Assembly: GCA_958009085.1 (NCBI GenBank)
Contig: OY253689.1
Location: 124,001 to 188,000, forward strand
Length of the DNA stretch: 64,000 bases
Direction of reading: 5' to 3'
Source of the DNA: Protoeuglena noctilucae
Taxonomy: Eukaryota
The notes beneath the pieces are model-generated. The model was not told the DNA's origin. It made no database searches and was given only the letters and a program-made list of their open reading frames with translations. Positions 1-12,345 of the stretch are shown one piece after another; position 1 is the stretch's first letter, and the number at the start of each line of letters is the position of its first letter. Both the position numbers and the translations under genes were made by a program.

Positions 1-877
1 ACCGCCTCGTCGCCAACACTATAGCGGGACCCGACGAACTCTTCTGGCGCAACCGGGCCCTGCGATTCGTCTTGGCAGACCGTGACCGCACACGCACAGA
101 GAGGGACAGCACGGGTGCTATTGCCACCCAGGGCTCTGGGGTACCACCCAGGGGGGGACACGGCACCCTCGATACCGCTACCACGCAACCACCACCACCC
201 AACCACCTACCAGCTTCGTCATCTGTGTCACCCGCTGCGGCTCTGGCCCAGCGCAGGGCAGAGTCCGAGCGCCTGGCGAACCGGTGGCTGCCTGAAACGG
301 TGGCCCTGCCCGCCTCGCCCATGCAAGTCGCCATGTCGGTTGCCCACGACAGCACCGCACATGCATCCCACGTGACACCGAGCCACGCACGCCAACCGCC
401 ACCACACCCTACGTCCCTGCCTCCTCTACTGTGCTTGGATGTCCGTGACTGGGCCACGGTGCCTGTGTTCTTCAAAGCATCACATCAGCTGCAGGCCGCG
501 GCTCTCGGTGCCCACATCCAGGCCCTGGCATTGCGGCTGTCCACGCCCGCATGGGCCGACACCGTGGCGGCCAGGCTGGGGGTTGGTGCGGGCGGCCAGG
601 GGAGTGACGACCAGGTGAGGGAGGGCGGGGCATGCATGCGGGCTGTGGAGTTGTTACAAGGAGGTGATTCGCATCATGATGGGTGTTGGGTGTCATCTGG
701 GTCACCCACGTGATTATATTTACTGTACCTGCTATATCCACCTCTTCGCAGGACCTGGTCAATGAGATGGAGGACCTGGTGGCGTGGCTGCGGGTGGTGG
801 TGGGGTGCGCGGGGACGGGGCGGGGGGCGCCCCTCACGGCCGTGGTGCCCGTGGACACCGTCGATGTGGGGATATGA
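1..877 (+). CDS. 3' end of an unknown protein (truncated by window start)
   Basis: Open frame to CAG|GTGAGG donor at 615; acceptor at 751, then DLVNEMEDLVAWLRVVVG...DVGI and TGA at 875-877; TGTAA downstream. Confidence 0.5.
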
Positions 878-1007
878 TATATGATGAGGATTAGTGACTA
901 TTCTGTGAGTTGCTGTGGATGTGTGGGGCAGTGAGAGGGATGCAGAGTAGCAGGTGTTGATGCACGTTGGATAGTTGTATCTGGGTCTTAGCATTCCAGC
1001 AATTGCT

Positions 1008-1012
1008 TGTAA
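1008..1012 (+). promoter_or_regulatory. Chlorophyte-type polyadenylation signal TGTAA
   Basis: TGTAA about 130 nt after the TGA at 877, in AT-richer 3' sequence. Confidence 0.4.
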
Positions 1013-1136
1013 TTGGCAATCGTGTCTTTGCTTGATGCCCAATCCGTGATTCAAGCAGCACTAGCACTCTCGCTGCTTTCAGCTCCCACTGGCCGCCATG
1101 CACGATATGTCAACGATTGCACAATGCTGAGCACTA

Positions 1137-4100
1137 TTATGGCTGCACCAGGTACACCCGCTGCCCCTCCACCCGCACCAGCGCTGATTGCCTCAGCCCC
1201 TGCATGGCCGCCTCCTCGGCACCCGCGACCCCCTGCATGCCCTGCCGCCTGCGAGTGACAAGAGGTGAAAAGCGATTCATAGTTGCCATCAAGCAGCTCT
1301 GACATGGTGTGTGAGATTGTTACCGAGCAAGGCAGAGTATGGGTGACAGCAACCACCCGTCCCACACCTGAGTATCTTGGACACCAGTTTGTCCAGGCTG
1401 ACGTCCTCACGGCCGTGCGACCGCATCGCCGACGCAGCCACGGCGCCCCAGTCCACGCCCGTGGCATTTTGCACATGGTCCCCGCGATGGTCCTTGTGAC
1501 CATCCGCATGACCCTTGCTGTGCCCGTCACCACCATGAGTGTCCTTGTGACCATCGGCGTGACCGTTGCTGCCATCAGCCTCACTGACGGGTCGGCCGCT
1601 TTCAGCACCCGTGCCACCCCCATGCGTACTAGGCACGCGCACGTCCCCCTCCGCAGCACCAGCACCACCACCACTCACATCTCCCTCGCCACCCATATGC
1701 TGGTCCACCACCCCACCGCTCGCACCCAAACCCTCGGTCCCTTCCCTGCGCCTCTTGCTCTCATCCCCATCCTCTCCTTTCTTCCTATCCCCCTTATCCC
1801 TCTTCCGCTTCTTTTCCCTTTTTGCCCCATCCCCTACCTCTCCCCTCTCCCTTCCCTTCTTATCCCTTGCTCTATCCTTCTTGCCCCCCCTCTCAGCCCG
1901 ACCACCAGCCCCCTCTTCCCCTCCCACCTCCCCCGACACCCCCACCTGTTCCCCAACCACCCTGCCACCCTTATCCACCTTATCCCCTCCCTCTGCAGCC
2001 ATGACGCCCCTCCCACCCACCTCCTCGCCCTTCCTCGCTCTCTTGCCTTCTGACTCGTCCACCCCGTCACCCTTATTACCCCTATCGCCCTTATCCCTCT
2101 TATCACCCTTCCGTTTCTTGTCCTTCCTAGCAGCCTTCTTGCTATCCCCACCCTCTGCGCCCCCCTTCTCGCCCCCCACCCCCTGCCCATCCACCCCATC
2201 CCTCCCACCCTCATCACCATCACCATCCCCACCCCCCCCCTCCTCCCCCTCATCTCCCTCATCCCCCGCCCCCTGCCCCTCCCTCCCCTTCCCCCTCTCC
2301 TCCCTCCACTCCCTCTGCCACTCCTTCTCCGGCACTCGATGCCTTGTGACACGAACCCTCACCCCCCCGTTCGATGCACCACTGTGACCACCACCCGCAC
2401 CACTGCCACCCTTACTGTAACCACCACCATCGCTACCCTCACTGCCACCCTCGCTGTCCCCCTCACTGTTGTCCCCCTCGCTGTCACGAGGCCCCTCGCC
2501 CCCCACCATCACGTTGTCAATCTCCTTTGGCAAATGCTTTTCCATCAGATAGTCGACCATCTGAGCGAACTCCGCACGCCTCCGCACCCACAACGGCGCC
2601 GCGCCCTTCATGAGGCCCCAACGACGCCGGCACAGGGACCCTGAGGCAGGGGAGAGGAAGGGGATGAGGGTTAAGGATAAGGGAGGGAGGGTTGGCAAAT
2701 GACAGTAGTCTACTAGGAGGGTGGAGAGGGGAGGGTCAGCGAGTGTGTGCGGTCTCAAGCACCTCATGCCCCCTCCACCCATCACACATCAACATTCCCT
2801 CACCCGCCCTGCCCCCCACTCAACAACACTCAGTAACACTTCCTCACCCGCCCTCCCTGTCACGAGCTTGTCCCACTCCACTTGGAACTCGTACCTCCAC
2901 CCCTGCACCTGCACGCCCCCCCACAGCGCCCGCAGCAGCGACCGGTCCTCGTGGCCGCCCCCCCACAGGCCACGCTCTCGCATCGAGGGGGACACGTGGC
3001 CGTACCAACGCAGACTGGGGGGTGGAGAAGGGTGGGTGGGTGCTTGCGAGTGGTCATGCCAGGTACATTCGGTAGCATTACAGGGACGCTGGGAGTGGCG
3101 AGCGATTACCACACAGTTGCCCTGCCAACAAGACATTCCGTATACCTGCACTGCACTGCTACCATTGACGACTAGCAGCCCCATTAACCGTTCCACCCTC
3201 ACCGGCACTGTGACACGCCCCTGCCCCCCACCGCCTGCGCCACCACCACCCAATTGACGCCATCGCCTTTCGTGAAAGGGCGGCCCTCCCCGGCGGCCTC
3301 CATGTACTGCGAAAGGCACCAGCAGAGCGATGATTACAGTGGCTCAGGTGAGGCTGGCACAGCAAAGCAACATCTGCTCTCAAAGATTCCATCCACCGCC
3401 GGTCTGCCTGCACAACCACCCACAAACACCACCGCCACACTACCCCTCGCCTTCTCGACCGCCTGCTGCAGCCTCGCGTCCTCGTCCGCGTCCCACGCTC
3501 CCTTCCGCATCGCGTCCCCGCCCGCGATCTCCCGATGCCGGTACTTGCACGAGTCCGGGGGCCGCCCCAGCTCCGCGCCGATCGCCACCCACTTGGGCCC
3601 CCGCGCCGCCACCGCGGCACGCAGCGCCCGGTCGTCCTTGGTCGTCCAGGGCTTGCTGCGGGGTGCGCGATAGTTGGATTTTAGCACCCATATGCCGAGA
3701 ATCAGGACGCGGCGCGGCGGTTCTCGCGCGCGTGCGCGCTGCGCCCACCGGCCCTGGTCACGCTGGGCCATGCCCTGCGCCTTCTCGAGGAGCGAGCGCT
3801 GCCTGCGGTGCGGCATCGCGACGCTCAGGACCCACGTCAGGTCCTTCGACGGTCCCTTGGCCCGCCCCGGCCACAGCCACGACGTGTCGTCGCGGCTCAG
3901 GCCCTTGATCCCTGCACGAAGCAAAAGCGCAGCACACGGCCGCGTCGGCGCCGCCCGGGACCGACGGCGCTGGCAGCCGCCGATGCAGCCACGCATTTCT
4001 CACTCGCGTAGATGTCCAGCGCGCGCGACAGGAACCGCTCCTCGTCCTGCGTCCAAGAACCGAGCTTGAAGGCCGCGCTCTTGTCGCCCCTGTTGAACAG

Positions 4101-4259
4101 GCCCCGCTTGCGCCCCCGCGCGATGGCCTCGCGCATCAGGGACTCCAGCTGCGCGTCGCTCCTCCGCAGAATCTCCTCCGGCGGGGGCGGCGGGGCGTCC
4201 GAAGACGCGTCCGACGCGGACGAGCTCGCGCCCGAGCCGCTGTCGCTGCGGGCGCTCAT
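1137..4259 (-). CDS. Reb1/TTF1/DMTF1-like multi-Myb protein with K/G/E-rich linker and C-terminal LYAR-like winged-helix segment
   Basis: Spliced Myb repeats: KLGSWTQDEE, KPWTTKDDRAL...GPKWVAIGAELGRPPDSCKYRHR, KGAWDADEDARLQQAV...VNWVVVAQAVGGRGVSQCRLRWY, HEDRSLLRAL...VEWDKLV...CRRRWGLM...FAQMVDYL. Last exon ends LVRVEGQRVYLVQP-TAA (1137-1139). Confidence 0.8.
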
Positions 4260-4716
4260 GGCGGGGAGCTGGCTTCGCGTCCAGATGGCGATGGCATGCG
4301 CGCTTGCCGGGTTTGTGGGTGCTGACGTGCGCGTGCCAGGCGGGGGTGTACCTGCAAGTGGCATTTTTGGCTTTCCTGTCGTCGGGGCGGTGCTGCACTT
4401 GGTACCGCTGTGACGATTGCCTGGAGCCGCGGAGTGCTCGTTAGCTGCGTTAGAACGTCCGTCCGCCCAAGCGGCGGCTGCATCTGGGGAGCCCGTTTAC
4501 GGGCGCGTGGTGCGCGGACGAGCTTTGTTGCTTGCCTCATCGGCGTTGGAAGGGAGCGAAGGGTGCACATGCAGAGCCCAGGCTGCCCCGGGGGCGGCGG
4601 GTGGAGGCGGGGTGAGCGTGGTGGTGGGCGGGGCAGTCGCGAACAATTTCCGACGCGGATAGTTTGCTAGAGGGCAGCGTAGACAGCAAACTTAATGTTG
4701 CTTCTGCTGCATGCAG

Positions 4717-7700
4717 ATTCCGGACATAAAGGAGTTTTCAAAACTGAGGCCAATTCAGAACTGCAAGGACCTTTGGTTGTTGCTGAAGCAGGCACAGAGA
4801 GAGCATGCGGTAGAAGTCATGAACTTACTCAAGGTCGCGGAATACTACCTGAACGGAGCCTCGGGGTATCTTGTAACAACCGGCGACCAGGACCTCGGCG
4901 TCAGCTTCAACGCATCCCTCCGCACAGGGACAGTCCTCTTGCTGTCTGCCCTTGACCGTGAGGAGTTGCATGCGACTGTAGGTAAATCAGTTTTATTGGG
5001 CCTTGCTGACTCACCTGCTTTTATTTTTATTACAGGTAACAAAAACCGTCTTCTGTTAAGCTAAGAATCCGTCACGACATATTGTTTTAGCCTGTTTTGT
5101 TACGCTGCAACTTTCTATTTTTGCCCTCAGACCTGGCAGTCTTCTACCAGCGTCATTATACGACTGTTAATTCGGCTGACTACAAGGCCTTCGACGAGTG
5201 CGGAGATTTACTGCCCAAAGCGTCCAGCGAGCCCATGGTTCAGCTTCTGAGTACCATGCATGAGCACATCGAAAATGAGAACACTTGGTTTGCGGATTTC
5301 CGGACTTTCAGAGAAATCGTCCTGTACCTCAAACATGTTCGCCCGTTCCTGGGGTTGATTGGAGGAAGTCAAGGCGTGAGGGACGTCGTATGGGTAGACA
5401 CTTCGAACAACCCACCCAACCTTCCCTCCCGCCTCTTGTTCCACGATGTCGTGGTGGAGGTGAGCTGCAGCATGCGGTGCCCATGTCATCAAGCAAACGT
5501 GCGTTTTCTGGCTTGGGACTGTGACTGGTCGACTTCTGTTCCTGTTTTCAGGTCTACAAGTACGTGATGGTGGGCATGGAAAAGTTTGCCGAGATAAACG
5601 GAATCACCTACGTGCTAAAAAACTTGCAAGAGCAGGCCCGGACAGGCGCAAGGAGACATGCAGCGACAGGGAGCGGGGTGGGCGGGGGGGGGGGGGGGGT
5701 GCCTCCACTTCAACAGCGGGGGGCAAGGTTCCAACCTTATATTCGAGGGTAATGCCATGGTGGTCCTGGAGTCGTTCAAGCATGCAGGGGAAGTCCTGTG
5801 AAAGGCTGTGGAACAGCTGCCAGGCGGGAGTGAGCAGGACCTTTTTACGTTCTTATGCCCTGGCTTGCTGGCCCTGCACACCTCTCTTGACGGTGAGTTC
5901 TGTGCTGCGTTTTCCTTGACTGGCATACGCGGAAAAAATTGCATGTCACATGATTAATGTTATTGTTGTTATTGTTGTTGTTATTCTACTCTTCTTTTTA
6001 TTGTTTATTTGTTGATTGTTTATTGTTGTCCGTTTCCCATTTCCTCGCAGCTTTGGCATCATTCATCAATCAACGGGATTGTGCAGTGGTCATAACAGCT
6101 GCGAAGGAATTTCTGGAGATGTTGGGTATGCAGAACGCCTCACCGGAGCTGACTTTCGACGTGTACTTCAACAAGTACAACTTTACTGACCTGTACCTGG
6201 CCAAGCTCAAGGAGATAAAGCACCCGGTGCTGGGGTTCAGGTTGTACCAAACACTCAACGAGTGCGCCAACAATCTCAAGCATGGGCGTGCCAAGTTGGG
6301 CGACTTCAAAGTGCCGGAGGAAAGCGACGATTTGTTCGTCTACACGGACTTTTGGAGGAATGTCCAAGGCAACTCAAGACCCTTTGGCGTCTTCCATGAC
6401 TTGGTGAAGCCGGTAAGGATATTCAGGATATATGGTGGCAAGCCCTGAATTTCACTTTCACTTTCGATTTTTTTTTATTTCTTTTTCCTTTGCAGATGTA
6501 CGAGGGATGCCCGTGCGCAAGGCCGTGACAACATTTGCCGAAGTGTATGGTTTTCAGGGCCGACTCGATATGGTTATGCCCTTGCTGGAGAGCACGTTCG
6601 TAGAAGGAGGGGGCGGAGCAGGGGCAGGCGCAGTGGCAGGGGCAGTGGCAGTGGTAGTGGCGGGGGCAGTGGCAGGGGTAGTGGCAGGGGCAGGGGCAGT
6701 GGCAGGGGCGGCAGTGGCCGGGGCAGGGGCAGGGGCAGTGGCAGGGGCAATGGCGGGGGCAGTGGCAGGGGCAGGAGCAGTGGCAGGGGCAGGGGCAGTG
6801 GCAGGGGCAGGCGCAGGCGCAGGGGCAGGGGCAGTGGTAGGGGCAGTGGTAGGGGCAGGCGCAGGGGCAGGGGCAGTGGCAGGGGCAGTGTCAAGGGCAG
6901 GGGCAGTGGCAGGGGCAGTGGCAAGGGCAGGGGCAGGCACACGAAGGCGGGGCAGGGGGAGCAGGGCGCCAACTCGTGTAGAACCTTTGACCAATCATGC
7001 CGTGAGGGTTTTAACATCTTTTAGGACTGCAGGGGAGCATTTGCAAGAGGCAGTGGAAGCATTGCCAGGCGGCGATAAAATAAGGGTCCTTCAGTCTTTG
7101 ATCCCTGGTCTGCAGGGCCTGCACAACTCTCTGGACAGTAAGTCTAGTGCTTGACGCAAGGAGTACTTGGCCGTTGCGAGACTAATAATAAGGTGTTCTT
7201 CCCTCGCTTCCTCGCAGTTTTGGCGTTGTTCGTCCACCACCGCGACTGCAAAGTGGTTGGGGCTTTTGGAAGGAACTTTCTCCAAAGGATTGGTCTGCAG
7301 GAAGCCCCGGTGACGCCGACATCTACAAAAAAAAGCTTCAGTCAGTATGTCTTCACTGACACGTACCTGGTCAACCTCCAGAAGGTGGAGCACCCGGTTT
7401 TCAGTTCTAAAACGTACAAGGCGCTTGTTGAGTGCATCCAGGATCTCGAGAGAAATCCTTATAGCCTCGGCGACTTTAAGAGGCAGGAGGAACGCGGCCG
7501 GATGGATTTTTGGAAGATTCGTGCCACTGTGATCAGCCCGGACGTTACTGGAGTCTTCTGCGACATTGTGAAGCCGGTAAGCAAATTTGATTTTGACATC
7601 ATTCCTCGTCATGTAAGTAATATTGATGTAATTTGCATTGTTGTTTAAGACATGTAGGTTTCACCATAATTACCTTTCCTGTTCGCAGATGTACAATGCC

Positions 7701-7904
7701 GTTTACGATGCCATGGCCACGTTTGCCAAGGTGTACAACCTTCAAGGCAGACCCGATATAGAAATGCCCAGGTTGGATGAGAGAAACATCGCCCGGACTT
7801 TTGTTCGTCGGGGACGTGGTCGGCGGGTTTCTCAGGGGTTACGTCGATTGATCCTGGTGGTCGCCATTACCGGCGCAATTTCTGTGCTAAAATTAATTCG
7901 GTAA
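4717..7904 (+). pseudogene. Low-GC multi-exon gene with three tandem copies of an alpha-helical HEPN-like domain, apparently disrupted
   Basis: Exons 4717-4957, 5131-5459, 5552-5892, 6051-6412, 6496-7137, 7218-7576, 7689-~7900. The three repeats share intron positions and phases (LD|xLA phase 1; FxDxVxP/E|M/VY phase 0). In-frame TGA at 5799-5801 and frameshifts at ~5685-5750 and ~6502-6512. Start codon not located. Confidence 0.65.
6616..6938 (+). repeat. GCAGGG/GCAGTG hexamer array encoding an Ala/Gly/Val linker
   Basis: Imperfect 6-bp tandem repeat, in frame between domain copies 2 and 3. Confidence 0.9.
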
Positions 7905-8118
7905 GTATTATGATATACCAGCGGATGGAGCATGCAGATGTCCTGCAGCCAACTTTGTTTGGTAACAATGCGCTCCCAGGGGACGTGTCCTATGCACTTG
8001 GCCGACCTTTTGTTCATACCATGCCCACATGGTTTGCCCGCGGCACTGTCAGCCCTGCGCGTCTACGACCTCAGTATCATCCGCTGCAAGTACTGGTGTC
8101 TGCTAGCACGGGCTTACC

Positions 8119-8206
8119 TCACACAACGCCCCCATTATTAGACATCCCTTTACATCATAGTATCACGGGCTCACATCACACAACGCCCTTATTATTAAAC
8201 ATCCTC
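8119..8206. repeat. Short diverged direct duplication
   Basis: tcacacaacgcccccattattagacatccc and tcacacaacgcccttattattaaacatcct, about 57 bp apart. Confidence 0.7.
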
Positions 8207-8599
8207 TGCGCCATAGTCTTTGCCGTGCGCAGCATTAGCACCACCCGGCAGGCGCGGTCGCCAACGCCTGGCCCTAGCTTCATACGTGCTTTCCATGTTT
8301 GCGTGCATCGACCCTGCCATGTTAGCGCCGACCCAGCACCCTTGCTTGTTTGCATTTGTTGTGTGTTGTCTGCAACCACGGCGCCACACGTCTCTTTACG
8401 TCATGCCACGACTCACGGTTGCCGTCGATAAGAAGAGGAGGGAGGACTGGTTGGTAGGAGCCGGTCCATCATGGCTAGGCACCATTGAACCGCAGCTGCT
8501 GCGCAACCCAGCCTCGCAACCTCGCCACCAGTCCCCCGTCATCGCCATCTACCCCGCCCCTCAAGGGCCTCATCCCCTCTCCGCCACCCCTCCACTCCC

Positions 8600-8704
8600 T
8601 CACGCGTAGTTGCGCTCCGGCGAGGCGTCCCCGGGCGGCGGCGACCTGAAAGAACGACACCACAACACACCGTTACCACGCAGCCCCACGCAGCCCATGC
8701 TCAC

Positions 8705-8742
<38 letters not shown>

Positions 8743-10282
8743 CAAAGTCTCCTCCCCTCTCTTACCTCCTCGTCGGGCTGCCGTTGGCGTCCCCGCGGCC
8801 CGGGGAGTCCCGGCGCGGCGACAGGTCCCGGCGCGGCGAGTCGCGGCGCGGAGAGTAGTCCCGGCGGGGCGGGGAGCGGTCGCGCGGCGGCGAGTCACGG
8901 CGAGGGGAGTCCCGGCGCGGGGAGTAGTCCCGGCGGGGCGAGCGGTCGCGCGAGTAGCTCCTGCGAGCGAGGCAGAGGGGTGGGAGGGGCGGGTGAGCCG
9001 ACACGCGCATTCTGCCGCTCCTAGTGACCTCGGCCGGGATCCATCGCTCCGTCATTAAATGTCGACCTTCCGCCGCCCGGCCTGGGAGAAACGGGCCGGG
9101 CGCTGACCTGCGGTAGTAGCCGTAGCTGTCATAGGGGGAGCGTGACCGCAAGCGGTACCTCCGGTATCCTCGGCCGTCGCGCCTCGAGTCGTAGCCGCGG
9201 TCGCGGTAGCCGCCACGGTCGTAGCCGCGATCGTAGCCGCGATCGTAGCCGCGGTCACGGTAGCCGCCCCGGTCGTAGCCCCCGCCGCCCCCGTAGCCGC
9301 CGCCGCGGCCGGACATCATCCTGCGAGACTCAAGTGTGCATCGGGTTTACGATAGCCGAGCAGGCCGCCCGCACACACCGCACACATCCCCAACGCACCT
9401 GCGCATCTCCTCCGGCCTCTTGCGCTGCTCCTTCGCGAAGCACACCTCGAGCGTGCGGCCCATCATCTCATACCCGTTCATCGCTGCGAGCAAGGAGCCG
9501 CGGATCGGTCAGCGCCGCGCCGTACGCCCCACGGGTGGCAGCCTGCGCACGCGTGCATCCCCACGCACCGCGCTCCGCGTCCTCCGCGTCCCGGGGGTCG
9601 ATGAACTCCACGAACGAGAAGCCACGGGGGCGCCTGCGGCCAGAGCGGGCGGCGGCGGTGGCGCCCGGGACCGGGTGGCCTCGGCCAACCTCCACGAACT
9701 GTCTGCCCCCTCCCCGCGCCTCCCCCCGCCCCCTCACCGGCCGCTCGGGGCACCTAGAGACAGCAACAAGGTCTTGTTCTCGACCGCAGCAAAACGAACG
9801 CGTCAGGGCTTGCGCTCGGACCGGGGCGTGCTTGCGGCTCGAAAGGCCTGGGAGGGTCGGCCTCCGCCACAACCATGCACCCATCGGCTTGGGACGGCCT
9901 CGCTCCCCTAGCTGGTCTCGACAACACGACTGGCCACGTACCCGGACACCCGGAGCGCCCCTGGCGGCCACGGCGTCCTCCGGCTGGCACCCGATCGCTC
10001 GGCTCTCACCCCGTGTTGTGGTCCTTCGGAATGTAGACGTCCCGGATGTCTCCGTACTTCGAGAAGAGCTCGTGCAGGTCTTGCTGGCTGCGAGGGAGGG
10101 AGCCGGACTTTCGCTCGTCACCCGATGACCCGATGGCCTCCCCGTCGCGGCCGATCCCCGTCTCGTTTTCCGACGACGCACCTGGCCCGGTCGGGGACGT
10201 TCCTCACGAGCAGGGACACCCTCTTCCTGCCCCCCTCCCGGTCGCTGCGCTCATCCCGCTCGTACCGGTCCCGGTCGCTCAT
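8600..10282 (-). CDS. SC35-like (SCL subfamily) SR splicing factor, RRM + RS domain
   Basis: MSDRDRYER...VSLLVRNVPD, YGDIRDVYIPKD, PRGFSFVEFIDPRDAEDA, MNGYEMMGRTLEVCFAKEQRKRPEEMR; GYDR and SPRRD repeats; ends ERNYA-TGA. Confidence 0.9.
8706..8740. repeat. (CA)n microsatellite in the last intron of the SR gene
   Basis: About 17 perfect AC units. Confidence 0.95.
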
Positions 10283-10715
10283 CGTGGAGCCCTTACTCGC
10301 TCCCGCGCCGGCCAAAGGAGGCCCTGCTTTGTTCCTGGGCGAGTGCTAGGCCGCCCCTCGCAGACACTCGTGGAACTGGGACGAACGGCTCGAGGACGTG
10401 ATGAGGTATGTCTGTGTGGCGTGGGGGCGCGCGCATGGCGCCTGAAGTTGCCCAGGCGTGTGTGCATTGATCTGACAGGTCGGCGCGACGCCAGTCCTGG
10501 GGGCGCCTGGGCGGAAACGCGCTTGCCAGGGCCCGCTGGCGGCCAGAACCTGGACGCGTTTCGCATGCACGTACCTGGACAGTCGCTTCCTGCCGTAGAG
10601 AACCACGGAAACCACCTTTCTTTCCACGTCGTGCTCCCCGACACGCCCTGCCCTCCGTTCCCGCGAGCCCCGCGCGGGGTGACGCCGACCCCGGTGTTTG
10701 TTTTGCCGTCGCAAC

Positions 10716-11768
10716 ATGTCTCCCATCAACGTCCTGCACGTCGGGGTCCTCAACAACCGGGCACCGTTCACGGACCCGTTGAAATTCGCCGTTCGGTACG
10801 AATGCCTCCAGGACCTGCAGGACGGTGAGCCCGGGCGGGCGCCACGCCGCGCTCGCGTCCCTGGGCTTCCGTCACGATCCTTCCCGCCCCGCCCCCGATC
10901 CCGCCGCGTCCGCGCGGGCGGGTCACGTTGGGCAAGCGCCCAGGACGGCCTCGCGGGCTTGCACCCCGAAACGGCCCCGTCTCCGGCGACGCGCTGCGTG
11001 TGCATCGGCTCGACGCGCGTCCGCTCGCTGCTTCTGGGCCTTCGCAGGCGCCCCCTTCCTCGCGTTAGCCCCAGCGGGGTGCGTGCTGGGCCCCCGACCC
11101 CGCGCCGCGGCGCTCCCCGCAGACTTGGAATGGAAGGTCACGTACGTGGGGAGCGCAGAGTCCGACTCGTATGACCAGGAGCTCGAGTCGGTGCTTGTGG
11201 GGCCCGTGGTGGTGGGGACGTACGAGTTTGCCATGGAAGCCAGCGCGCCCGACCCCTCCAAGATACCGCCGGAGGACATCGTGGGCATCACGGTCGTCCT
11301 CGTCACGTGTTCGTATCGATCGCAGGAGTTCATCCGCGTCGGTGAGGCGCTGCGGGGCGGGGCGAATGGGATTGCAACTGCTTTCCCTGCGCCCGAGGCT
11401 GCTGCGCTTTAAGCGGCAATCGAGTGACAGCGATGCGTCATCATTCCGCAGGTTACTACGTGCGGGTGGAGTACGAGGATGAGCCGCTGCGGGAGAACCC
11501 GCCCGAGGTGCCCAAGGTCGACCGGTTGCTGCGGTGAGGTGCTGCGGCTGTTGTTCTTGCGTTTGCGCCTTGGCTGCGTCATGGATCAATGACCACGCGA
11601 CGCCCGTTCGCTGCGAACGCATCGCCAGGCGGCAGGCACGGGAGCGCATGACGAGCGTGCCCATCGACTGATTGCAGGCATGTGCTGGACGACCAGCCCC
11701 GGGTCACGCGCTTCCCCGTCGCGTTCGACGGTGCGGATGCGGCGGATGTCTCGATGGAGGCAGCATGA
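10716..11768 (+). CDS. ASF1: Histone chaperone ASF1
   Basis: [70 protein letters not shown]; 4 exons; TGA at 11766-11768. Confidence 0.97.
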
Positions 11769-12345
11769 TGAGGCCTAGCAGTTGGGGGAGCGGTGCAGTG
11801 GGGGGCAGAGAGTAGCATTTCAGACTAATTGCGGGGTTCACAGAAGGGCCTGACAGGGGGAGTTGCCGCCTGGGGCCCAGGTGGGAGCGGGGATGTCAGC
11901 TCCGCCCCCGCGGCCGTGCGCACGTCTCACGTCTCATGAGGATCGAAGTTTCACTTGCCCTGCGTCGCGTGCCGATGACTGTTGTGTCTAGCAGAGGGTT
12001 TACAGCCGCCTCTCGATGGCGGGCGTTGAATTCATGCTTTCGGAATTCAAATGTTCTGGCGCTAGACGGGCGACCTGGCGCGGGAGAGGGCTGTCGGACT
12101 CCGCTGCCCTCGACAGTCGCGGCATTCGCGTGAAATACGTCGTGGTAGCCCATCGCGCGACCTCCGCCGCCCGCCCGCGACTTCTCCCGCGCTCCCTGCC
12201 CCCTGCCCAGGGCGACCCGCTCGCGGCCGAGGGGCGCTCGGCATCCCGCGGTCGCGCCGTGGCCGGCTGCGGAGAGGTCCTCCCGCCGTAACACCGGGCC
12301 GGCACCGGCGGCGACGCGTCCCCCGGGCCTCCCGGGACGAGCGCC

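Noticed and set aside
1283..2644. Long Pro/Ser/Leu-rich + strand ORFs
   Set aside because: Antisense shadows of the purine-rich linker of the Myb gene. Most overlapping ORFs in the track are likewise by-products of high GC.
5799..5801. TGA recoding (Sec/Trp or alternative genetic code)
   Set aside because: TGA, TAA and TAG all serve as normal stops in neighbouring genes, and the same gene also has frameshifts.
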